A DNA stretch of 60,470 bases, counting the filler, from Dimargaris cristalligena (taxonomy: Eukaryota): NCBI GenBank assembly GCA_003614675.1. It is 4 parts of 4 records of this genome, joined end to end, with 100 filler letters (N's around TTAATTAATTAA, not from the genome) between each part and the next. Parts side by side here need not be neighbours in the genome. Positions count along the whole stretch, not along the records: positions 30,311 to 45,343 come from ML002916.1; positions 45,444 to 60,470 come from ML002917.1; 2 more parts are not named here. One strand, written 5' to 3'. The position numbers were made by a program, and so were the translations under genes. Positions within the stretch are counted from its first letter, which is position 1. Each line of letters begins with the position of its first letter. The notes under the pieces are model-generated. The model searched no databases. It had not been told where the DNA came from and saw nothing but the letters and a program-made list of their open reading frames with translations. Below, in pieces: positions 37,701 through 49,481 of this stretch.

Positions 37701-38793
37701 GCAGGGCCTTGGGTTCTGGGTGTGAGATACTCTCCGATCCCTGCGGGACATCAGTAGAGACATCCGGACTCGTTAAATGAAGGGGTACATTCGATGAGTT
37801 GGCAGCTGATTCATTCTTGATAACCGGCACGGATGGAGGGGGAGGGTTGCGGCTGTTGAAGGTCTGCGTAAGTTTCCGGGCGAGGGTCGTAGAGGCCAGT
37901 CGGCGCAGTCCACTGCTCAGAGACTTGGACGATTTCAGGGTGGTTGAGCCAGTAGGGACGGGTTTCTGGGGGGACTTGCTGGCAGGTGACAAGCCGGGTC
38001 GAGAGGGCATGGATCGACTACGCCGGGGGCTAGCAGCGGCCACTTGTTCAGCTCCGCCATTCGGTAGTTGGCGCAGATTATTGGAGGATCGATGAGGCCG
38101 AAGGATTGGGGCGGGAGCACCAGCGGCCGGGGCTTTACCGGATGATTTCAAATCGGGGTAGGATTTGGTGTGGTTTAGATAGGGAATGCTTTTGAGGGAA
38201 GACCGGGGACCATTGGCCTGGAGGGAGGACAGGGAACGCTCCTCCGTGCCGGCAGCGGGGTACTGGATCGTCGGGAGGCAACCATTAGGCGTAGGAATGT
38301 GAGAATAGTTACCCATATTATCCACATCGCAGTACCAGACGCCGAAAAACTCGGCAATTGTCTTGGATGTGCTAACTTGGGTGGGCCACTGGAGTAAACG
38401 TACAAAGAGTTGGTCAAGGAGCTCGGATTTACGCTGGGCATCCTTGTCCTTGCTGATAAGCATAGAGCGTCTATCAACCAGCCGCGGAAGACTCTGATGG
38501 ATATCCCGTCGATCAGCGAATTCTTCGCTGAATTGTTTGTAAAAGTGCAGAAAGTGGGTGAAAGTGCGCTGAATGCAGTAAACAGAGTCCAGCTGGGTCT
38601 CCACAGGTTGGTTAGGTTTCTTGGGGTCAATCCAAATGCGGGACCCCCGAGACGGGGTCTCCAGGGACGCAGTCGGGGTCACGGCAATGCGAAACCAGAT
38701 TTCTTGGCTCGGGAGCCGCTTCCAAAACGTGATGACCTTCAGGGAACTAATGGACGGGGCATAGCTGACGGTGGGGAAATACGACTCGGACAT
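34786..38793 (-). CDS. Large PX-domain scaffold protein with two PB1/ubiquitin-like segments, ~1335 aa
   Basis: 4 kb uninterrupted ORF; likely start CACCATG at 38793. PX-like region (YCIQRTFTHFLHFYKQFSEEF...LPRL...QRKSELLDQLFVRLL...IAEFF); PB1-like blocks at ~36820-37140 and ~35530-35750; otherwise S/P/T-rich low complexity. Confidence 0.85.
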   Translation of the reverse strand: MSESYFPTVSYAPSISSLKVITFWKRLPSQEIWFRIAVTPTASLETPSRGSRIWIDPKKPNQPVETQLDSVYCIQRTFTHFLHFYKQFSEEFADRRDIHQSLPRLVDRRSMLISKDKDAQRKSELLDQLFVRLLQWPTQVSTSKTIAEFFGVWYCDVDNMGNYSHIPTPNGCLPTIQYPAAGTEERSLSSLQANGPRSSLKSIPYLNHTKSYPDLKSSGKAPAAGAPAPILRPHRSSNNLRQLPNGGAEQVAAASPRRSRSMPSRPGLSPASKSPQKPVPTGSTTLKSSKSLSSGLRRLASTTLARKLTQTFNSRNPPPPSVPVIKNESAANSSNVPLHLTSPDVSTDVPQGSESISHPEPKALPETSTVDYYDNSPTELPLVSASESAPLPRIPSVLFSSSLGNLHDLQQQLDGIQVPSTASPLVEPVSEPEPVPESPPPSPAPVIRHGRLANMQRANTTSKIQGRAKAARLQRIKLGLLGRSDGSDSDNGGASDRSAPPTPPPPFSQLRRNHTTLGRMTGANSRHGVVASPTDSTSTLNRSLSSNDRANNTVQTRIYLNGTILVTIPLLRSELTKPASPRARQAARSTSVEFSRIYTSILRHLHALGGPKAAQASQQIQSFVLVYDTPVGRAVARSEEEIVRAIQSGPRQISCHVIDQADFRLEDAIALSEAQSPSAASDHATQFLPGLNSPQLPPMPISSGPSSPANLNTARPVAPSPAATDAPLGNLSRTPSHDRLAAATNAPQRPPRRDLTNGRRTGGPRLPMNKATATVRATPNPKHLVLNSPPQIKDLLSQSPSTFPQELGVATPTFGRMEAEAMLIQQQHSSEAGANPVAPLTSNLPQFSDFTSTASGGSDYLHSSNESIHNYTAVNSNDDGNASSLTTSHSLVRPKRPSALNQMAEEDPTSQTKGNRTTMGLQVMDSPALPTPFEMSAYKFESESLADTLSPISPATPLGSTDSTASAPPAMRRHPTLSKSNFVMRHRYINRLHAHTDAPNAAHNTKNRLINANTLHLKVILNHETRILIAIPRTAVFSVLWDKVITKFSKAGVASLAQLKTMTLMYIWDDRFEVVNNNTSWREALSLVDNLYHQSPVDQSAPPTPAAVDDVPVAQQSTTANPTYTDAALSPSKSFSSLPSALSRSSSTLFGRRRKGRTPTTGPKNSALDISQYQSIVPRRGRSSSSTNNTAPSTDQGFESVGKLVLYLVPSEMLVQSGRKAMFMNIPAQLMDSAIEASSLGDTPRGAMIFENNYPRNVMSPAGAESQPTPTSAGYTNDASRVAPYATTNGIEEGGSSHHYEEGSTSYFPLQHAASPLGPRTAGSSSGHLPGIYSC

Positions 38794-41700
38794 GGTGAGG
38801 GGGGAATTTATAAGGCAGGAGTAGGAGGGAGAGAGAGGGTACAGGTTTGGCTGGACTAGAACGTGAGGGGACACCAAAGTCAAGCCGCGTGAACAAAGAG
38901 AGAATTCAGCAGGGAACTGAAGAGGCGGCGCAGGAACCACCACTAATGAGACGAGGGTAACTCTAATTATTCCTGAGAAGTCGGGGACTGTGGTGATACC
39001 AGGAACAATAGCGAACCAGGCTAATAATAGAAAAAAGGTATAGAGAAACAAAGTACTAGGGGAGGAGGAAGGGGGCTAAACAGACCAGCTGTTTGGCAGG
39101 ACGAAGGAGAAGAGGATACTCAAGGGCGTGTAAACAAGCAGTTAGTTACAGCAAGGTACGGATAAGTTGGTAGCCTAGTGTATGACTGGAGCTGCTTCTA
39201 AAGAGACTGTTCTTTTGGTGGTACAATGCACAGCGTGGGGCTGAAGTGGAGATAATACGGAATGTGGTGAATGGATACGTCTAAGAGAAGGGCGCAGACA
39301 GTTGGCAGGGAAGCCAGTCAACTAAAGTCAATGACTGCAGTGGGTGGGTGTGTAAAATAATCAACTGGATAGAAGAAGGGCTATCAAAGGCAACTAGGAC
39401 AAGGAAAAAACAAACGGAGGGAGTGGTGTCTAAATGCAGTTAATGGGAGTGAAAGAGAAAGATAGTGACGGGGAAAAGTAAGGGACAAATTACGAAGGAG
39501 AGGGCGGACAATGAGGAGAATATAAAGGAAAGGAGGGGAACCAGCCAGTGGCAATGTAGTCAATGAGAACGGAAGGAGTGGTATTGGACCACAACTCGGA
39601 AGGAAAAGGTTCGGGTGTAACAACGAGGGGAGAGTATAGGAAGGGTATTTTATAGACCGCGGAGAACACACCGGCGAATACAGACGAAATAGGAATAGAG
39701 AGAGGAGAGGTGGGGAGGAGGGCAAGGGAATAAGGAAAAACGAGGAGAGAGAGAGAGAGAGACAAGAGAAAGAAGGGGCAAGCTTAGTCGTATTAGTAGT
39801 GGGAGAAACATGCACGCATATATTCTGTGAATCTACGGCCAGGGCAGGCATAAAAGCCGATTCTGAATGGGGGCAAGCATAAAAGCTGGAGAGGTTTGGG
39901 ATATATGCACTTCACTTACCTGGAGTAGAAAAGGTGTGGATTAAGGCCACCAATGCGCATACATGGGTTGCAGGGGGGGAGGACTTATGCAATGATTGGC
40001 CGAGATCAAGTGAAGCAGAATAACAACCCCCCGCATTCGTATATGCGCGCGCCAAGCCCGCCACGGCTAATAATCCAAGGAAGTGGGGAGGAATTGAAAG
40101 CAGTGGAGAAGAGAGACGACGCCATAGCCAACCAGCCACTTTGATGGGATTATTTATTTCACCATCTATAGTTTCTCTCTCTCTCTCTCTCTCTTTATAT
40201 GCATCCCACCGCATTGGCGTTGATAAATGCGCCGCCCACTGCTGCCACACCCCCCAGGCCCTTCTGGGACTACTATACTAGCCTTCTATCTAATTAATAC
40301 CACCACCACCATGTTATAATATATAAACCCTAGTAATTCTATGGTATTGGTCGCCCATTGTTGGGCGGTATGTCCAATCGGCTACTTAGGTCTTACTACC
40401 TAATGGGGTAATTCAATGCCACCACTCCTGCCGATGATGGCTTCTTCGCCTGTTAAAGCAAAGCCCGATAATGCGTTATACCCATCCCTCCTCCTCCTTG
40501 CCTTCCATCTTTTCTTTATCTTCTCTAAAAACGACCATGTCAGTAGTAGTACCGGGGTCTGGGCCCTGCTATAACTAACTCTCCTATTACCTGTATGGCT
40601 ATGTTACCGAAAAGAAATTTCAGCCTCAGCCGGGGGGTCCGCTTGCACCATGGAAAACGTGGGGGGGTCACTGTAAAAACTCTATATACGCTGGCCTCCG
40701 AATAGCTATAGTTATCCGATACTCTTCCCCCACGGTGTGTAAGCCAGGTATGTGAGCCACAGACCACTCGGCCACAGTTCTTCCACAACTACTAACTGAA
40801 AGAACCCCCAAAAATAGGACGCCTGGTCGACGACGATCTCTGGACGTATAGAACACGCATTACACTAGTATGCGTAACTTTAAGAGAGATTCACCCCCCG
40901 CTAATGTTATCACACCCGCCCCTCTAATAGGCCACTGAGTCACACCATAATAGCCCATTTTCTCCATACACCGGTACCATTGGTTCCCAGTGGGCTTCCC
41001 TTGGAGAAGAAACATGGCCCTAATGAAATTATAAATAAAAGCCTACGACAGTTACTGGGAAAATCGGGTGGGGGGAATTGTGCTATATTTTTCAATCTTA
41101 TGGCGATCAAACGGCTGAATATTCCAATAGAACGATGGCGCAGGTGCCTATTTCATTGGAGGTTGATTTACCGCTTCATGTTTAGATGGTTAGATAATAC
41201 CCGGACCATCTTACCTACACATCCATGAAAAAACGGGGTGCGCTTAGCAAACTATTTAGGAGGATGTGCGATTACAATGGGAAGGGGGGGGACTTCTATT
41301 GGTCTGTTGGGTGAATTACATTATTGTCGCTTTCAGTATTACCCTTGGTTGTAGGGAGCCAAAAACAGCAGTGGGGTAATATAACAGAAGCATGCCGCTT
41401 CCACTGCCTTCTATTTACCCTCTCCACAATGACTTGCGTACATCATGGGTGACCCATCCCTTTTATTTATTTATTTATTAGATAATCGTCAACTGGACAT
41501 CAAACATGACTTATCCGGCTTAAGGTGACCTTTCTGTTCGCAATGTCGCCGCCAGTCGGGACCACTCTATCCGCAACTGTAATCATAAAAATGAACCAGC
41601 GAAATGACTCGGTATAACAAAGACTCCGCCGGTGTTAATAATATTAGCACATGCTGGCCTCTCTCACATAGGGGGAGGGGCTATAGGGTACGTCATTTTA

Positions 41701-42348
41701 GTTTCCGACGTCGGTCCTTTTAGGGCACTTTGTGTATAGCGATGGTTGTACTCTGGTCTAACCAATGTGCCACCGTCGGAGTTACCGACCACTCCTCCCC
41801 CCTCTATATGGCTTGCTACAACTTAGGTACGAGATATGACCGTGTGCCACCACTATCGTGCCAGGCGGTCGGGATGCTGTATACCCCCCCTCTATTTTAT
41901 ATCCTTCAGGTGCACTCTTCGACATTGGAGGGTGGGTCACTTCGGCAATGTTTTCCACCAATTCTTTACGACCCTAGTCCGTAAAACAGCGGGTATACGA
42001 CTATATCTTTTTGAGCATCCCTTTCTGGATTTCTGGAGGAATTAACAACAACAATCAAACTAAAATAATTTTTTAATATATATATTTTTTATTCGCCAAG
42101 GCATTAGATAAACGGGGGTAGTTAGGCGTGGTTCTAATCATACACTATTAATTCGACTAAACTAAAACTCGATTAAACGCAAAGTACTTCGGGCCAGACG
42201 AAGTGCTAGGCGGTACAGGTATATATATATATATATATATTAAAAAAACAGCGACGGTATTTGGAACCGGACATCGCCTTTTCGGACGAGCGCAAGCACC
42301 TAGGACCGAAAGGGAAACGGCGGGTGGGGGCGAATTATTTTACTTGGC

Positions 42349-43294
42349 TTAGCAAGCTAGCTGTGGCTGTACTTCCAAATCCTTGATTTGGGCCATGACT
42401 AGGGACATGTTAGGTCCGTTGCCAGCGAATCCGATGGCATTTAACCGGGTATCTTCCATCGCCTTAAGATGAGCTAATGGACAGCATGGTAGGAAAGGCA
42501 GCGAGTGGTCCGGGACCGATGGACAAATGCATTAAATACATACTTATATTTAGTATAGCTGAAGCGAGAATTTCAATCCGTCTGAACTCGTATAAGGTGA
42601 CATTGACTTCATCATAGTTCACGCTCTTCAAACCCTTTAGCGCCAGAGCCACCTAAGCAATCCGCGGTTATATAGGCGCCTACACCAGTAATGGCAATAG
42701 GTTTTCACAGTATATCTATAGACACTTACCTGAACTTCCGATAAATTCATCGAGCGCTTGTTGTTCGTTTTGACCGTAATCCAGAATATTTTCGCTGGCC
42801 CAGCCCACGTTCGCTCCCGAATTAGTCAACCGCGACAACAGGGGAACGGGGTTGTCGTGGGTCTGTTTACCCACCTCGGCCATGCGGTTGGCAGTCGTTT
42901 GGGCCACCATGGTTAAACTGGATACGGACACGGCTGCTGGCAGACGCCGACTCGCCCGAAACTTGTTGAAGACCTGTAAAAATTTGCAGAGATGGACTTC
43001 ACTGAGTATGTTATCCCCATTAATCGCTGATGGTTTGGACTTTTTGAGGACAGGTAGTGATGATGGTGTCGAAGTTGGAGTAGAAACTGGGGCTGCGGCT
43101 GTGGTTCGACTAGAGGCGGATGGGCTTGTCTTTGGGACGGTGGCTATTTTTTTGACGGTAGGTACTTTTTTGGTAGCGACTACTTTTTTAACGACGACTA
43201 CTTCCTTGACAACGACGGTTTTAGTCGCAGACTGCTCAGCCCGAGTGCAACCAACACCCAGGGCAAGGACCATAAGGAGAACCCACCCACGCAT
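42349..43294 (-). CDS. Secreted CAP/SCP/PR-1 domain protein, 2 exons, 229 aa
   Basis: Exon 1 42730-43294 ends G|GTAAGT; exon 2 42349-42473 follows CATTAG and gives SSAHLKAMEDTRLNAIGFAG...AC*. Signal peptide; NKFRASRRLP...MAEVGKQTH...ASENI motifs. Confidence 0.85.
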
Positions 43295-45343
43295 AGTACC
43301 GTATTTGGGGTATTTTTTTTCTGGGGTAGAAACGACTTAACCACACCAATTTCAGTATCAATAGTACGGAGGAATGGAGGGGGGCGTTTAAGAGATGGCA
43401 CAGAGTGTGGAAACCTATAAAGTCACAAGGTGGACCTAACAATGACAGTCAAGAATAAATGGCAAGCAATGTAAGTTGTGCCGCAAATAGACCAAAGCCA
43501 GTGGTTTAGAAAGGTGGGCACTACTGCTGGTCAAATTAAAATAACGGAGCAGAGCCAATACAAATGTGTCGAATAACCAACGGCGGAATAAAAACTTGGT
43601 AACCCTCGATAATAAATTACAGTGCCGGTTTATAAAGAACGGGGATAATAATGTATAGTAAAAGTCGAGTAAAAAAATAGAACCGAAATCCATAAAGCTG
43701 AATTTAAATACCATTGAAAATATAAATGCCAGAGTTGAGTTGAGCAACGCGGGGAGGGGGGGCGATACACGGACTTTATAATAGACCGCGGGGTTTGGAA
43801 AAACGATAGCAGGGGCGGCTGTTTCATTTACTGAAGCATCTTAGGCAGAACAGGGTAGTACCCTCCGCTATTTTTACTGGACCCCCCTCCCCCTCCTTGG
43901 AAAATTACGTACCAAATGAAGTGGGAGTTCATATTTCCGACCCATGTTTAAACCAATATATGTTACGGTAATAATGGAAAAACAGCGCCCAACCCAAACC
44001 GGCCATAACAGAATATGACTATTCTGATAACGAATACCTCGGCGACTGAAGAGGAAGGAGGGCAACGGGGAGAAGGTATCGATGAATTCGGAGATGGAGG
44101 CGCAGGAAAAGAAAGGGGAGGGTGTGGTGAGGTATGCCCGAGGGGGCGGCGGTATCGGATAGTTTACGGGCAAAGAACTTTTAACATATATACGTGGCTT
44201 GGAGATAAGGGGCGGCCCTCGAGGTTGCGCCCATCTGGCCAAAACGGGAATGTGGAAGGGTCAGAGGACGGAAGAATAAGTTACAGAGCCCTCCTCCCTA
44301 TTTCCGTTCTTTGGCCCGCTATTACATCGCCTGTTCCTTGGCCTAACACGGCCAGGGCTCTATCATTTCCGGCCGTTCGGGTTGATGATCGTAGAATTCA
44401 CGTTGTAACGATTGCGGCCTCTACCGTTGGCCCAGTTGCCTTCGCGCCAATCGATCCGTGCTTTCCATTCTCCCCCGTTCGTCGTATGCCCCCTCCGTCC
44501 CTTGTTGGAGCTTGGGGTGATAAAAGAAGAGACGGAAAGGAGAGACCGGTGTAAAATTATCCCGGTCATTTTATATTTTTAATACTAGTGGCTTAACCAT
44601 ACTAATTAATAATCATAAAAGAAGTCGAGGAATAATGTACGCCCTTCCCTACCCCTAGAAAATTCTCTTGTGTCCACGTTACTTGAGCTTGCCACACTAC
44701 CTATTTGCGGCCCAATCTGGCCCTTTGTAAAACTTCGTTTTTCTTTACAGAGAAAGTGCTCTATTGCCCATGGTCCCCCAAGGGCAAGCGCGGTAGCCTA
44801 ACCCAAATGAAGGTTTCAGGCTCGGACCATATGACACTCACATGGAGTTTTCCAATTGGTCCCTTCCTCCCCCCTACACATAGACATATTTTTATCAGAT
44901 GGGTATCCTACAGCATGACCGAAATATATATTATTTTCTCTGGTTTAGGCTAGAACGCCAAGTCCACTAACCGGTATCTGGGAGCGGCCCGCTACGCACT
45001 CTTATTAAACCCGAATATATTATAAATCACAGAGCATTCCGAACCTATGGGCTATCCAATGGCAAAGGGTTATGTGGGTTTAACAGATACATATTACATT
45101 ATCATCCCCCTCCTTCCCCACCAGTGCGAAAGTACAAGCCTCCACAATTCCAGATAAAGGAAAGGTAACGCCGGTTAGATGGATACTCCGACAAACTACC
45201 TGTACCAAGAGGACCGAGCCCTTACATTAGAATGGCACACGACCCATGGCTTTTACAACATGGCCCGCCCGTTCATTATCTACCATGGAAAATCCCATAC
45301 CCTCCCCCGCGAATATATACAATCCATTCATGTAGTTGAGATT

Positions 45344-45443
45344 NNNNNNNNNNNNNNNNNNNNNNNNNNNNNNNNNNNNNNNNNNNNTTAATTAATTAAN
45401 NNNNNNNNNNNNNNNNNNNNNNNNNNNNNNNNNNNNNNNNNNN
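45344..45443. other. Artificial contig spacer 3
   Basis: 44 N + TTAATTAATTAA + 44 N. Confidence 0.97.
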
Positions 45444-45479
45444 CTGGTGTACGCTTACTTGGATATCCCTACCATACAC

Positions 45480-47670
45480 CCCCCAGTCACTGTTGGCAAA
45501 TGTGACTCATACACTAGTATTTAAAAGGACATAGACCAGGGTGGCTGTACTTTAGCAGTAACCAGGCAATGTGTTTTTAGTCATCTAGTCTATGGTTAAG
45601 AAAATCTGATGGGGATTAACAATACTATTACTGCTACATACTGCAATAGGTGACCTGCTATTATTCCACAGTTGTAGTGATGTAATCATTTCCAGACCAA
45701 ATCAAGTGCCCATTCCTAGGCTGAAAACTACTAAATAAATAAGAGTTAGTTTATCAAAATTAACTTATGATGAGTGGGCTTATCAGACTTGGGACCTACA
45801 AGCCATCACTAGCCAAAGATACTAACAAAGGCCCTATCCTGGGACAAGATAGTGCTAATACTATCCAAAAAGCTATTTGGGGGTCATCACAATTACCTGG
45901 AAGAATGGTAACTAGCCTTCCTTAATAATTTATAGTTTTTGTTAAGGTAATCTATATAGGTGACAAAAAATCAACATAAATGTGAAGGCTACAGCTAACC
46001 CATATGTGATTATTTATCAATAATGGAATATATTGACTTCCTCATAGACATATTGGATAAGCATGTAGTAGCAGCTAACCTTGGAAGTGGTGCCTACCCC
46101 CTAGTACAATAACCAGTTAATGTAGTCATTATAGTTTATTTTATTAATAGGGATTCTACCCCAGTTACTAAAAAAAATATATACAGGATAATAATTAAAT
46201 AGGACTTAATCAATATATTTTTTATTATTTGGATTCCACCTTTGTCATTCTCATCCACCAATACCACTACCTCCTTCACCCTTTCTCTTCATATATACTA
46301 CTATTCTTTCTCTTCTGACACCTGTTGGACCATCTAATCCACCTTAATCTGGACACTTAAGTGCCCATCCCTATTAGGCCTTATAGTGACATACTAACCT
46401 TCCCATGGTTAACCCCAGGACTATGGGATCATCCTATATTATATAATCATTCCCTATCTGGACTCCACCTCTTTGCACTAATTACTCAAGTACTGATCTA
46501 AAGACTCTTCTAGTTACCATTAGAGTCTTCCAGATACTAGTGGCTATCCAGTTGGCCTATTTACCTATAACCTAGTCTTAGTAATATTCTTCCCTCAGGA
46601 CCTCCCTCTGGAGCTGTCCCCGCATATATATAACTGGGCCCCATTGGGACTAGTTAGATTCCTTAGCTTATTCTTACCCCCTAGTTTACCCCCAATAAAC
46701 TCTATATATACTCATACCCCTTGTACTGACTAGTAAGTATGCCTGCTATGTCCCTTGCATATCCCTACTACTAAGTCTTTATTAGTTAGTACTATGCCCT
46801 GTACCTGATGCTAGTAGACTGCTTGGCTGAGCCTAAGCCCTGCCTACTGGTAGAAGCCTATCCTTAGCACTCATGATGAACTAAGAGTAGGTAGCCCAGG
46901 TGATATCTATTTACTCTTAAAGTGTACCAACTTTTTGTAATAATAACTAAGGAAATATGCCTATTATATATCAATGTGAAGAATTAGGTACTGAATATAA
47001 ATTTATTTGGGTTAATCAATAGCATAATAAATATTAGTAGCTGATAACTAAGTATTCAATGATGGATGTTACTAAATTTGTACAGTGAGCTTATTCAGTA
47101 TATAGCCTTTCAAAAAGGCATTTTTTGGTCTTTTTTACATTTGTAGCTGGCTGTTGTGCCATTGATAGTCATTAAATTAACTACTTTACTGATCACCATC
47201 TGAACATGCCCCCTGGTATAGTTAACTATTGTAAGACAGAGTGCACCTTACTACCCCCTCTGCATATCTATACAGCTCAAGTACATTTAGTAACCATCTT
47301 ATATTACTGAGCATTTAGAATTTTATCTATGAGCTACAAGGGTTATCAAATGATAAGTACTGTTGGAATACTAAGGACATAAGGAAAATAAAACTGGAAG
47401 AAAGGGAAGAAAGCAGCTAAAGGACAGTAGGCACCTCTAGGTGGTTAGTTTTATTGAACTATAATTTTGATGGGGTGAAACATAAATGGCTAACATAAAT
47501 GATCTCATAATAGCAGAATAAACTAATATAATTGGGTGAAACAGAATAGGATAAAGAACTCATAGGAGCAAATTCTTCAACAAGTATAACATACCAATTG
47601 CAAGGATAGAGTGGGGTTTCTTTATTATATTTTATTTTATTCAAATGTTAATTAAGTGAAACAATAGATA
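45480..47670. mobile_element. CpG-depleted, AT-rich degenerate repeat domain containing LTR copy 3
   Basis: About 2.2 kb with almost no CG (one seen at 46621) and no long ORF. Confidence 0.55.
46323..46905 (+). mobile_element. LTR-like dispersed repeat, copy 3 (~583 bp, full length)
   Basis: Reverse-complement homologue of 977-1557 over its whole length; starts TGTTGG, ends GGTGATA; TATATAA (~46626) then AATAAA (~46694). Confidence 0.8.
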
Positions 47671-49481
47671 GTATGCCACGTAAGAAAAAGTGTCATGAGT
47701 GTAATCTCATCTGGGAGGTGCCTTATTTCTCTCCCTTTGCTTTTCCATCTAGTTTGGTATGAATGAGGTATTTTCAGTGGCCCATCATCACAATCGACCT
47801 CTGTATTCCGGCATTTAATATCTTCACACACTACACACTTGCAACAGCAGTCTCTGAGGTAAGCCCATAATTTGCCACCAAAAAAATGAGTAAATAGGAT
47901 ACATACTTGGCAGGGCAGGGTCACAAGGGAATGTTATGGTGAGTATATGCTAAAGTGGCATATATGAAGGGAAAGACGAAGATATCAATTTTTTCAATAT
48001 ACAGTGGACTGGGTAGCGGGGCATGGTGGGCAGATTTAAGAGTGCAAGAGATTTGGACTGTCTGTGGCCCCAATATTGCAGGGGTTGATAATGTGGATCC
48101 CAAAATATCTTTTAAATGATTAGCTGCCTAGGCCAGATTATATGAAAACTCGCCAACTTGCACCCATTTCATGTAGAGCAACTGTGGGCAGTCATTGGAA
48201 TGGAAAAGTGGACCGAGGGAAGGTGTGCTAAACAATCAAAGGGAGGAAATCCAGTCTGTTGGTTTATAATCCCAGCAATGAGCCCAACGGGATGATCATT
48301 CTTTGTTCTTAGGTCTTTTTTAAAGCCTAGCCTTGTCCATAGTCAGTTGGATGGTTTTGCAGCCACTCGGCGAGGTCAATCACCCAGAGTCTGGATGATT
48401 ATCTGGCCCCTCTAGCAAAAATGTGCCATCATATGGGCAATGAGCAGTTCTCTGCTCAATTAACCTGTCAACTGATTCCAGGATGTAACCCGGGAATTGA
48501 CACTCACCACTGGGGAATCGGTATGTCTTACTGAAGTATCACTATGGGATATCTATTTTAAACTATCTCCCCAAGATAATGGCCGTAATGGCAACCTCCT
48601 TTGGCCTAAGCGTAAAAATGTTAATTTCCGGCTGTAATTGCATAAAAAAGCAGCCAACAACTATGATAGTCCAGTGAACCAACCCCCTCCCCTATTAGCC
48701 CTGTAGATAGGTGATAATGCATGAGTAATTGTACAGCAGGGGTCACTGGGGCAGTCTCATTCCAACTAGCTGCTCTTTTACTACCCTGGTTATTGTAGTT
48801 AGGTGAAGACTGCTCAAAGAAATGGGGCCAAGGTAGCAGGATTTCAAAAAGGCATGGCTCGGGATAACGGGCAAAGTAGCATTATGTTTTCATTGTAAGA
48901 TTCCCAACAGCGAATCATTGGACCCAGAGTCAATCACCATTGAACAAATTCCCAACAAAGGCCATACCATCACTAGAGTGTAATTCAAAGGGAACCAAGG
49001 TGAAGGTAATATACGTCCACCATATAGAAGGAGGGCTTAGAAATAATTAAAGGCTATATGTTAATGCAGATTAACTTGGCCTACTTATATTATGTATTCC
49101 CGACGAGGCGCAAAAGCGGAGGGGAATGACAATGTCAACAATGGCTGTAGATCGACGGCCTGGGACCCCGGTGCGCAATGCAGCCAAATGGTAGGCCAGC
49201 CCTTGACTAGCCATTGGTCTTTCACCTCATCCCGCCTATTTCAAACGCCGGCTTCTCACCTACACCACTGACCCTCCAGCATTCTACAATATGTGGTGGC
49301 CCTTGAAATTTTTCACATAAATACTGGTCCAGTGCCGCCCTTCCCTAGATATTAATCAGCTTCAAGTCACATATCCTTACTTCATCCGCATTGCCATTTC
49401 CCAATTCTTATCTGCTTTTGACCTTTACTAAAGACTCAAACACAAAACTTCTACCCCACTCTGACTACCTTATTAACCACC

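Noticed and set aside
39913-39923. ACTTACCTGG resembling the U1 snRNA 5' end
   Set aside because: Downstream sequence lacks U1 stem-loops and an Sm site; better explained as a minus-strand splice donor.
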